A stretch of 32,000 nucleotides of DNA from an uncultured Rhodobacterales bacterium (lineage in GTDB: Bacteria > Pseudomonadota > Alphaproteobacteria > Rhodospirillales > Rhodospirillaceae): positions 1-32,000 of the forward strand of contig CAYYXR010000033.1 of NCBI GenBank assembly GCA_964475755.1, given 5' to 3'. Position 1 is the first letter of the stretch; every line of letters begins with the position of its first letter. The notes beneath the pieces are model-generated. The model had not been told where the DNA came from, made no database searches, and worked only from the letters and a program-made list of their open reading frames with translations. Shown one piece after another: positions 15,939 to 25,033 of the stretch. The translations under genes were made by a program, and so were the position numbers.

Positions 15939-16062
15939 AATACATCGCCTGAACCCCACGGGGAGGGCCCATGAGATCGCCGCGCGATTGTGGGACCGGG
16001 GGGAGCAGGGGTGACATATCCCGCGCAACGAAGCGCAACTCGACACACAGGGGAGGGTAATC

Positions 16063-17271
16063 ATGGGCGGTGACGTCTTTTTCCTACTTATGGGCGCAAT
16101 CATGGTGTTCGCAATGCACGCCGGGTTCGCATTCCTTGAGGTGGGCACGGTGCGCAAGCGCGCTCAGGTCAACGCTCTGGTCAAAATCATGTCCGATTTT
16201 GCGGCCTCGACCATCGCCTACTTCTTTATTGGTTATTCGCTGGCCTACGGCATGAGCTTTCTGCAGTCCGCCCAGATCATCTCGGGTGGTGACGGCACGG
16301 GATTTGCCCCGCAGGGCTACGACCTCGTGAAGTTCTTCTTCCTGCTGACCTTCGCGGCTGCAATTCCGGCGATCATCTCCGGCGGCATTGCCGAGCGCGC
16401 CAAATTCTATCCCCAGCTCATCGCCAGCTTCGTTCTCGTTGCCCTGGTCTATTCCTTCTTCGAGGGCATGGTCTGGAACGGCAATTTCGGCTTCCAGGAC
16501 ATCATCGAAGGCCTATTCGGGGCTCCGTTCCACGATTTTGCCGGCTCGGTGGTGGTGCACGCCATGGGCGGCTGGATCGCGCTGGCAGCGGTTCTGCTGC
16601 TCGGCAACCGTAAAGGCCGCTACCGCGACGACGGCTCCGTCGTCGGTATGCCGCCTTCGAACATTCCGTTCCTGGCCCTGGGTGCCTGGGCGCTGTCCGT
16701 CGGCTGGTTCGGCTTCAATGTCATGAGCGCCCAAAGCCTTGAAGGCGTGACAGGCCTTGTCGCGGCAAACTCACTGATGGCCATGGTCGGCGGCATCCTG
16801 TCCGCGCTGGTGGTCGGCAAGAACGACCCCGGCTTTATTCATAACGGCGCATTGGCGGGCCTTGTCGCGGTTTGCGCCGGTTCGGACGTAATGCATCCGG
16901 TGGGCGCCTTGGTGACCGGCGTTGCGGCAGGCGCCGTGTTCGTCTGGACATTCAACCTGTGCCAAAACAAATGGAAGATCGACGACGTTCTCGGCGTCTG
17001 GCCGCTGCACGGATTGTGTGGGGCCTTGGGCGGCATCCTTTGCGGTGTCTTCGGGCTCGAAGCCCTGGGCGGCATGGGCGGCGTAACGTTCATGGCGCAA
17101 CTCGGCGGCACCCTCATCGGCATCGTCGTCGCGTTGATCGGCGGGTTCGTGGTTTACGGCGGGCTCAAAGCCACCATGGGTATTCGCCTTTCGGAAGAGG
17201 AAGAGTTTGCCGGGGCGGACCTCGCCATCCACAAAATCTCCTCGACGCCGGACGAGGATATCGTCCGCTAA
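16063..17271 (+). CDS. amt: Ammonium transporter (Amt family)
   Basis: FAMHAGFAFLEVG, AGSVVVHAMGGW, LGWFGFN and VWPLHGLCGALGG motifs. GGGGAGGG RBS. Confidence 0.92.
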   Translation: MGGDVFFLLMGAIMVFAMHAGFAFLEVGTVRKRAQVNALVKIMSDFAASTIAYFFIGYSLAYGMSFLQSAQIISGGDGTGFAPQGYDLVKFFFLLTFAAAIPAIISGGIAERAKFYPQLIASFVLVALVYSFFEGMVWNGNFGFQDIIEGLFGAPFHDFAGSVVVHAMGGWIALAAVLLLGNRKGRYRDDGSVVGMPPSNIPFLALGAWALSVGWFGFNVMSAQSLEGVTGLVAANSLMAMVGGILSALVVGKNDPGFIHNGALAGLVAVCAGSDVMHPVGALVTGVAAGAVFVWTFNLCQNKWKIDDVLGVWPLHGLCGALGGILCGVFGLEALGGMGGVTFMAQLGGTLIGIVVALIGGFVVYGGLKATMGIRLSEEEEFAGADLAIHKISSTPDEDIVR

Positions 17272-17291
17272 ATTCGATTAAACCATCAAAG

Positions 17292-17322
17292 AAAAAGGCG
17301 GGGAGAAATCCCCGCCTTTTTT
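17292..17322. terminator. Bidirectional rho-independent terminator between amt (+) and DUF983 (-)
   Basis: GGCGGGG (17297-17303) pairs with CCCCGCC (17310-17316) across a 6-nt loop, flanked by AAAAA upstream and TTTTTT downstream. Confidence 0.8.
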
Positions 17323-17324
17323 AT

Positions 17325-17711
17325 TCACGATACGTTTTGCGTATTTTCATGTTCCACGTCCCTGAACTTGTACTGAAGCGCGACCATGGTCGCTTTTACG
17401 GGACGCAAGGAAAGGCCGGTGAATAGGGCAATGAATGACGGCCACAACACCACATGCACCCAAATCGGCGGGGCATAGGAGACGTCGATCACCAGGGCGA
17501 GGCCGGCGACAACAAGGCATAGCGGAAACATGACGAAGAATGCGGGTCCATCGCCGGAATCATGCCCCTTAAAGCTAAGCCCGCATACGCTGCATTTCTC
17601 CGCGATGCGGATATACCCGTCAAAGAGCGAACCGCGGCCGCAGCGGGGACAGCGTCCCAACAGACCCGCAATAAGGATGGGTGCCGCTTGTTTGTTCTGA
17701 GTGTCTTCCAT
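17325..17711 (-). CDS. DUF983 membrane protein (commonly linked to cytochrome oxidase clusters)
   Basis: Zinc-ribbon-like CPRCGRGSLF...CSVCGL, then DGPAFFVMF and TM segments. Confidence 0.8.
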   Translation of the reverse strand: MEDTQNKQAAPILIAGLLGRCPRCGRGSLFDGYIRIAEKCSVCGLSFKGHDSGDGPAFFVMFPLCLVVAGLALVIDVSYAPPIWVHVVLWPSFIALFTGLSLRPVKATMVALQYKFRDVEHENTQNVS

Positions 17712-17727
17712 CGAACTCTCTTCTCGA

Positions 17728-18477
17728 TTAAAGCGGCATGATGCCGCGTACAGGGTCCTTCATGCCGACAGATTCGGCGACAAGCGGGGCGCCGGCAGCT
17801 TTAAGCCGGCTCTTTCGCTCCGCGACGGGCGTGCCCATAATCACGTCCTCGAATTTTTTCAATTTTTCCAGTTCCGGCAAGGCAAGAGTCCGCGTGACAA
17901 GCCCATCTGTTTTTGGCCAGCGCGCTTCGTCTATGGCATACCCCGCATAAGACGCTGTGCGAAAAAATGACGCCAACGTGATGTCGGCGATGGATAAGCG
18001 CCCAAACAGAAATCCGCTCACCGGCAATTCGCTCTCCAGGTAATCGAGCACGGCAGGGATTTCTTCCTCGCGCGCTTTTTGCACGATGTCGTCTTGCGGG
18101 TCTTCCTTCCAGACAACGCGCCTCACAACCAGTTGATAGTAAAAATGCCAGATGAGAGCATCGCCCATCCGCGTATCGGCGAATTCTTCGAACCACCGTG
18201 CGCGGGCGCGCAACGGCGCGTCATCCGGCAGCAGGGGAGGGTTTGGATACCGCTCGTTGAGATACTCACAGATCAAGGTTGAGTCGCTTAAGGTCACTGC
18301 GTCATCGCAGAGAACGGGAATGCGGCGCAGAGGGCTCATGCGGCCAAAGTCATCATTGCCGAAAAAGGGAATGATCGGGTCGATTTCGTAAGGAACGCCT
18401 TTAATCTCCAGACAGGCCAGCACTTTGCGGACGTAAGGCGAAAGGCACGAGCCGATAATGCGTGTCGAGCCGGGCAT
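17728..18477 (-). CDS. Glutathione S-transferase family protein
   Basis: N-terminal thioredoxin-like GSCLSPYVRKVLACLEIKGVPYE, IPVL and SDSTLICEYL. ATG at 18477; the 118-aa upstream extension in the ORF track overlaps ctaE and a terminator hairpin. Confidence 0.85.
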   Translation of the reverse strand: MPGSTRIIGSCLSPYVRKVLACLEIKGVPYEIDPIIPFFGNDDFGRMSPLRRIPVLCDDAVTLSDSTLICEYLNERYPNPPLLPDDAPLRARARWFEEFADTRMGDALIWHFYYQLVVRRVVWKEDPQDDIVQKAREEEIPAVLDYLESELPVSGFLFGRLSIADITLASFFRTASYAGYAIDEARWPKTDGLVTRTLALPELEKLKKFEDVIMGTPVAERKSRLKAAGAPLVAESVGMKDPVRGIMPL

Positions 18478-18490
18478 GTCTATCTTCAAT

Positions 18491-18516
18491 AAAAAAGGGC
18501 CGGTCAGAGCCGGCCC
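18491..18516 (-). terminator. Rho-independent terminator after ctaE
   Basis: On the minus strand, GGGCCGG-CTCTGA-CCGGCCC is followed by TTTTTT (forward 18491-18496). It begins 17 nt after the ctaE stop. Confidence 0.7.
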
Positions 18517-18532
18517 TTTCTGCTTTCGGTTT

Positions 18533-19366
18533 TTAGCCGCCGAAGGTGCGTACCGGCGTCCCAAGCAGCCAGTACACCCAGACGAACAGGAACAGCCACA
18601 CCACGTCAACGAAGTGCCAGTACCAGGCTGCGGCTTGGAAGCCGACGTGCTTATGCGGTTTGAAGTGATCTTTGTTGGCGCGGAAACCGCAGACCAACAA
18701 GAACACTGTTCCAACGAACACGTGGAAACCGTGGAAGCCGGTTGCGAGATAGAACGTGGACGAATAGATCCCGTCAGTGAACCCGAATGCAGCGTGGCTG
18801 TATTCGTAAGCCTGCAGGCCGAGAAACAGCGCACCGAGCGCGGCAGTGATGAAAATCCATTTAGCCGCCAGCTTGTTGTTGCCTTCTTCGATGAAGATGT
18901 GGGCGCGGGTGACGGTGCCGCCCGAGGTGAGGAGAATCACTGTGTTATAGAATGGCAGGTCCCAGGCATCGAACGGCACAACGCCGGCCGGGGGCCATTG
19001 GAGCGTCACCGTGGAGAAGCCGAGAGAATTGTGAAAGAAGGCCCAGAAAAATGCGACGAAGAACATTACTTCGGAGGCGATGAACATCACCATTCCGTTG
19101 CGCAATCCGTCCGCAACCTTATCCGTATGCGCCTTTTGGATAACGGACTCTTTTACGACGTCACGCCACCAGAACACCATGGTCAGGATGACGAGGATGA
19201 ACCCTGGTATAAGAAGGGCGACACCCAAGTCTTCCATGCCGAGCACCGGCACGTTGTGGAAGTACATGATGGCGCTCACCGCCAAAACGAATGCGGAGAA
19301 GGCTCCCATGGTGGGCCATGGGCTGGGATCAACCATATGGAAAGGATGTTTAGCGTGGGCACTCAT
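18533..19366 (-). CDS. ctaE: Cytochrome c oxidase subunit III
   Basis: HPFHMVDPSPWP N-terminus, 7-TM pattern, and WYWHFVDVVWLFLF near the C-terminus. Confidence 0.95.
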   Translation of the reverse strand: MSAHAKHPFHMVDPSPWPTMGAFSAFVLAVSAIMYFHNVPVLGMEDLGVALLIPGFILVILTMVFWWRDVVKESVIQKAHTDKVADGLRNGMVMFIASEVMFFVAFFWAFFHNSLGFSTVTLQWPPAGVVPFDAWDLPFYNTVILLTSGGTVTRAHIFIEEGNNKLAAKWIFITAALGALFLGLQAYEYSHAAFGFTDGIYSSTFYLATGFHGFHVFVGTVFLLVCGFRANKDHFKPHKHVGFQAAAWYWHFVDVVWLFLFVWVYWLLGTPVRTFGG

Positions 19367-19385
19367 GGGCTAGTCCTTTTGGTTC

Positions 19386-19976
19386 TCAATTAACTTGCGC
19401 GGTTTCTTCCGTATCCACGCTCGCTTCTTTCATCATGTCTTCGAGCGAGCGGAAAAACGTATATGACAACGTTATGGTACGAACTTCATCGGTTGTACTG
19501 TCGTCAATCATTTCGGGATCGACAAAGAACGAAACCGCCATATCCACGGTTTCTCCTGGCTGCAGCGTTTGCTCCTGAAAGCAAAAGCAATCAATCTTAT
19601 TGAAGTACAGACCGGTTTTCTCTGGCGTGACGTTGAAGGTCGCGGTGCCGGTGGTCGGTTGGTCCGAAATATTTTTCGCAACGTAGTGCGCGGTTACCGT
19701 TTCACCGATCTTCATGGTGACCGTTTTCTGCGCCGGATAGAATTCCCAGGGCAATTCCTTGTCCACGTAGGAATCAAGGCGGACGGTCATGGGGATGTCT
19801 TCGGTCCTTGTGGATGGTGCGGACGCGATTTGCGTTGTGCCATCAAGGCCCAACGCCCGGCAAAAGGCATCGTAGAACGGGACAAACGCAAACGAAGCGC
19901 CGACCATCGCTATCGGCACCGCGAGAACGGTAACCGCCAGCCAAAGGTTTCGGCGCTTAAGTTTGTTTTGATCCAT
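19386..19976 (-). CDS. ctaG: Cytochrome c oxidase assembly protein CtaG/Cox11 (CuB insertion)
   Basis: N-terminal TM segment, FVPFYDAFCRALG and KIDCFCFQEQ motifs. Confidence 0.95.
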   Translation of the reverse strand: MDQNKLKRRNLWLAVTVLAVPIAMVGASFAFVPFYDAFCRALGLDGTTQIASAPSTRTEDIPMTVRLDSYVDKELPWEFYPAQKTVTMKIGETVTAHYVAKNISDQPTTGTATFNVTPEKTGLYFNKIDCFCFQEQTLQPGETVDMAVSFFVDPEMIDDSTTDEVRTITLSYTFFRSLEDMMKEASVDTEETAQVN

Positions 19977-20006
19977 TTGCGTTTCGTCCCGACGGTGCGA
20001 ACCGGA

Positions 20007-21641
<1,635 letters not shown>

Positions 21642-21660
21642 TTATACGGTCGTACCGTTA

Positions 21661-22506
21661 TTACTGTGCAGCGGCTACTTGTGTATCGGAAGCGGGCTCA
21701 ATGCCTGCTTGTTGTTGCTCTACGTATCGCTGGAATTCTGCTTTGCTTACGACATCGACAACGATTGGCATCAAGGAGTGTTCGACGCCGCAAAGCTCCG
21801 AGCATTGTCCGTAGTAGCGGCCTTCCTTGGTCACGCGAGTCCAGGTCTCGTTGACCCGGCCGGGCATGTTGTCGAGTTTCACGCCGAACGCCGGAATGGT
21901 CCACGCGTGGATCACGTCGTTGGACGTGAAAAGCAGGCGGATGGTTGTATCCACCGGCAGAATAACGTGGGTGTCGGTTTCGAACTGGCGATGCTGACCG
22001 GCGGCATAATCAATTTGATCGTTCGGGAGCGGCAGCGCGTCGTACGAAATATCGTATTCCGGCAGCTCATATGACCAGAACCATTGATTGCCTGTGATCC
22101 GCAAGGTCATGTCCGCTTCTTCGACGCGGTCCATATAAAAGAGGATGCGATAGGACGGGATCGCGATGGCGACAAGAATAAGTACCGGAATAACGGTCCA
22201 TGTCACTTCAAGCCACGTCTTGTGAGACCACTTGGCCGGAACCGGATTTGCGCGCTCATTGAAGCGGAAGATGCAAATCAGCAGAAGCACCAGCACAAAC
22301 AGAGAAATCGCTGTGATGATCACGAGAAGGAAGTTGTGAAAATCCACCAATTGCTCGGCGACCGGAGTAACCGGTGTTTGCAATCCCAATTGCCATTCCT
22401 TCGGAAATGACGGTGTCGGCATTTCCGCATAGTCGGCGGCGAGGGTGGGGAGGGCGGAAAAAAGAGTAGAAAATACGGCGGCAATCGCCAGAGTTACACG
22501 GCTCAC
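21661..22506 (-). CDS. ctaC: Cytochrome c oxidase subunit II
   Basis: CuA site CSELCGVEHSLM, two TM helices, WFWSYEY. I prefer the GTG at 22506 (GGAG 8 nt upstream) over the TTG at 22593 given in the ORF track. Confidence 0.9.
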   Translation of the reverse strand: MSRVTLAIAAVFSTLFSALPTLAADYAEMPTPSFPKEWQLGLQTPVTPVAEQLVDFHNFLLVIITAISLFVLVLLLICIFRFNERANPVPAKWSHKTWLEVTWTVIPVLILVAIAIPSYRILFYMDRVEEADMTLRITGNQWFWSYELPEYDISYDALPLPNDQIDYAAGQHRQFETDTHVILPVDTTIRLLFTSNDVIHAWTIPAFGVKLDNMPGRVNETWTRVTKEGRYYGQCSELCGVEHSLMPIVVDVVSKAEFQRYVEQQQAGIEPASDTQVAAAQ

Positions 22507-22828
22507 ACTTAGTCTCCATTGTAGCCCGCAGGCGGCCAATCGTTTAAGCGGCCCCGCCAGGGGGTTCAACTGAATTTTTACGAGGTTTTTCAATTTTTTG
22601 AGCCACAGCCCCGGCCGGTTCTGACGCCCCCGCAGGCCAACCTCTCTGCCCTGCCGGGAGAGTAGCCGAACGCTTTTGGCCCGTAAAGCCGCAACGGCGC
22701 AGTTTTCCGCCCTCCCCGAGCCTTCCGATTAGGGTTTTCCAGAGCCCCTGGATCGGCTACAAGTCGCCTCCGACGAATTCTCCCGGGCGGACGCCCATGG
22801 GTCCGGTGGGGTCAAGAGCAGGTGTGCC

Positions 22829-22972
22829 GTGTCTGATAATAATTCCAAAGATCCAAATGAGCTGACCCCGGCGCAAAAGAAGCGTTTGTGGCTGTTCGGA
22901 CTCGCCGTCGCGGCTGTTTCCGTATTCATGTATGTAAGTTTCATCATTAAAACCGCGGTCAAAGGCCCTTAG
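22829..22972 (+). CDS. Candidate 47-aa single-pass membrane protein (not in the supplied ORF track)
   Basis: GTG at 22829 to TAG at 22970-22972. Translates to (M)SDNNSKDPNELTPAQKKRLWLFGLAVAAVSVFMYVSFIIKTAVKGP: polar N-terminus, KKR, one TM. RBS is weak. Lies 71 nt upstream of the DUF420 gene on the same strand. Confidence 0.3.
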   Translation: MSDNNSKDPNELTPAQKKRLWLFGLAVAAVSVFMYVSFIIKTAVKGP

Positions 22973-23043
22973 TGAGCGCGACCGGCAACGGTGCGTTTAT
23001 CCACAGGGTCAATCGCAAATCATAATCACTGTCTAGAGTTCCC

Positions 23044-23475
23044 ATGACCGCCCAGCAAATTCTTCCGCACGTTAATGCCGCCCTAAATACACTCTCGACG
23101 ATCCTTCTGGTGATCGGTTTCGTGATGATTCGCAGCGGTCGTAAGGACGCTCACAAGAAAGTCATGATATCAGCGATTGCCGTCTCGGCTTTGTTTTTGG
23201 TTTTCTATCTCATCTACCATTTCACTGCGCCGATCTTTGTGTTTCCGGGCACCGGGTGGACCGTGCCGGCGTACTACGCAATGCTGATCAGCCACGTTAT
23301 TTTGGCGACGGTCGTGACACCCATGGTCATGGTTACGGCATGGCGCGCATGGCATGGAAGATTTGACAAACATAAAGCTATCGCCCGCTGGACACTTCCT
23401 ATTTGGCTTTATGTTACGGTGACCGGGGTGGCTATTTATGCCATCCTTTATCACGTTTACCCCGTCAGCCCGTGA
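23044..23475 (+). CDS. DUF420 (CtaM-like) membrane protein
   Basis: LPHVNAALNTLSTILLVIG, H-rich core (YLIYHF, ISHVILA), and HKAIARWTLPIWLYVTVTGVAIY, the characteristic DUF420 pattern. Confidence 0.85.
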   Translation: MTAQQILPHVNAALNTLSTILLVIGFVMIRSGRKDAHKKVMISAIAVSALFLVFYLIYHFTAPIFVFPGTGWTVPAYYAMLISHVILATVVTPMVMVTAWRAWHGRFDKHKAIARWTLPIWLYVTVTGVAIYAILYHVYPVSP

Positions 23476-23530
23476 TCGGCCCAAGGCTGTTCGTGGACCG
23501 GCGCCTTTCGACTCTGGCCAGTAGAACAAA

Positions 23531-25033
23531 ATGGACGAAAAAGAGGTCATCGCGCGTTCATTGCCGCCGCCGGTCGATGTGGCGGTCGATGGACATTTCG
23601 CGGGAAAGCTGACACCCCATCTTTATTACGAGCTGCGCGGATGGATTTTCCTGCCCATGGCCGCGCTTGGACTGGCCGGCTTTATGGCGCTTGTGCTGGC
23701 GATTGCCCGTGTGCCCGGCGCAGACATGCTAATGCCCTGGACCGGCCAGACCTTCTTTCAAAAGGGCCTTGTCGCACACGTCACCTTCGCATTTGTCGTC
23801 TGGTACATGGGCGTGCACGGCGCGATGACCATCCTTGCGACCTCGCAATGTCTGGCGGGCCGGGAAATGGGAGCCTTCAGCATTATTCTGGGGCGCACAG
23901 CTGTATATGGCGCCGGGTTTAGTTTGCTGATGATGCTGGTGCCCGCGCTTGCCGACTTAGGCGAACCGTCCCTCAACAACTACATCCCCGTTCTCATACA
24001 CCCGCTGTTCTACGCCGGGCTCGCGCTGCTTGCAGTGTGTCTGGCGTTGCCGGTGATGCGCCTGCTGGCTTTGGTGGCTCGGACAGATGACATGGAGGCG
24101 TCCGCATTCGGGGTGGCGGCAGCTGGAGTGATTTATCTTACCGCCCTTGTTTGCGTCGGGGCGGCGGCGGCGACCATTCCGCAAAATGCTGGTGCTGAGG
24201 GCACGAATGAATATGTCATGTGGGGCGGGGGACACGTTCTGCAATTCGCGAACACGCTTTTGATGCTGAGTGCGTTCTATATTCTTTCCCGCATCACCCT
24301 GGGCGAAAATCCGATCGAAGCCAAATGGTTCAAGAACATGGCTTTGATTATGGTCGCGGGCGCGGCAGCAGGGCCGCTGTTGTACTTGTCGTACCAGGGT
24401 GGCGATCCAACCCAGCGCATGGCGTTCACTTATATGTACTGGTTCGCGCTGCCGATACCGTCGGCGGTGATTTTGGGGAGCGTCGTCGCGCTGCTTTACA
24501 AGCGTAGACACGATATTTTGACTGGGCCACCTGAAGCCATCGGTATGGCAACCGCACTGGTCCTTTTCGCGTTCGGCGGCGTCATCGGATATTTCGAGGG
24601 TTCGGTGGATACGCGGACCCCGAGCCACTATCACGCCATGCTGATCGCCGTGACCCTGGCGTTTATCGCACTTTATTTCGCGCTGTTTCTGCCGTTGATC
24701 GGGCTGCGCACGTCCCGCAAGAAGCTGCGCATGGCCATGTATCTGCTACTGGGCGGGGGGCAGTTCCTGCACTCCTTGGGGCTATATTTGGCCGGCCTGG
24801 AAGGGGTGGTGCGTAAAACCGCCGGGGCCGCCCAGGGGCTGGACAGCGGCTGGAAGGTCGCCACCATGTCCATGATGGGTCTGGGCGGGATTATCGCGGT
24901 TTCAGGCGGCGTGATCTTTGTGGTCCTGGCCGGTAGAATGCTGTTGGCACGGTGCGGTGGAGGTGGTACCGCAGGCGCCGTCGCGCCCGACGGCCCCGCG
25001 CTGGATGCCAGAACCGGGGCAGGCGCGGAATGA
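23531..25033 (+). CDS. Heme-copper-oxidase subunit-I-like polytopic membrane protein (divergent paralog lacking the CuB His-His pair)
   Basis: 500 aa with 12 or more hydrophobic segments. GLVAH83VTF, MWGGGH235VLQF and DTRTPSH366YH368AM align by eye with the helix II, VI and X ligand motifs of the CtaD in this window. The stop overlaps the ctaB ATG. Confidence 0.65.
   Translation: MDEKEVIARSLPPPVDVAVDGHFAGKLTPHLYYELRGWIFLPMAALGLAGFMALVLAIARVPGADMLMPWTGQTFFQKGLVAHVTFAFVVWYMGVHGAMTILATSQCLAGREMGAFSIILGRTAVYGAGFSLLMMLVPALADLGEPSLNNYIPVLIHPLFYAGLALLAVCLALPVMRLLALVARTDDMEASAFGVAAAGVIYLTALVCVGAAAATIPQNAGAEGTNEYVMWGGGHVLQFANTLLMLSAFYILSRITLGENPIEAKWFKNMALIMVAGAAAGPLLYLSYQGGDPTQRMAFTYMYWFALPIPSAVILGSVVALLYKRRHDILTGPPEAIGMATALVLFAFGGVIGYFEGSVDTRTPSHYHAMLIAVTLAFIALYFALFLPLIGLRTSRKKLRMAMYLLLGGGQFLHSLGLYLAGLEGVVRKTAGAAQGLDSGWKVATMSMMGLGGIIAVSGGVIFVVLAGRMLLARCGGGGTAGAVAPDGPALDARTGAGAE

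Noticed and set aside
15930-15944. Sigma-54 promoter upstream of amt
   Set aside because: TGGCAC matches the -24 element, but the position where the -12 TTGC should fall reads TACA. It is not a convincing sigma-54 promoter on sequence alone. It is kept only as part of the inverted-repeat observation.
18478-18834. N-terminal 119-codon extension of the GST ORF given in the ORF track
   Set aside because: The extension overlaps the 3' end of ctaE and runs through the ctaE terminator hairpin. The GST fold begins right at the internal ATG at 18477.
18458-19393. 311-aa plus-strand ORF
   Set aside because: Antisense to ctaE and spans the ctaE terminator. No motifs. Judged a shadow ORF.
22729-22962. 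77-aa minus-strand ORF from the ORF track
   Set aside because: No RBS, no motifs, and it would sit inside the ctaC/DUF420 divergent control region. The plus-strand 47-codon TM ORF is the more plausible, though still weak, reading of this region.
23531-25033. Heme A synthase (CtaA/Cox15) as the identity of the 500-aa membrane protein next to ctaB
   Set aside because: The size (500 aa, about 12 or more TM segments) and the His-motif pattern (one His in helix II, GH in helix VI, HxH late) match HCO subunit I architecture. They do not match the 8-TM internally duplicated heme A synthase pattern.
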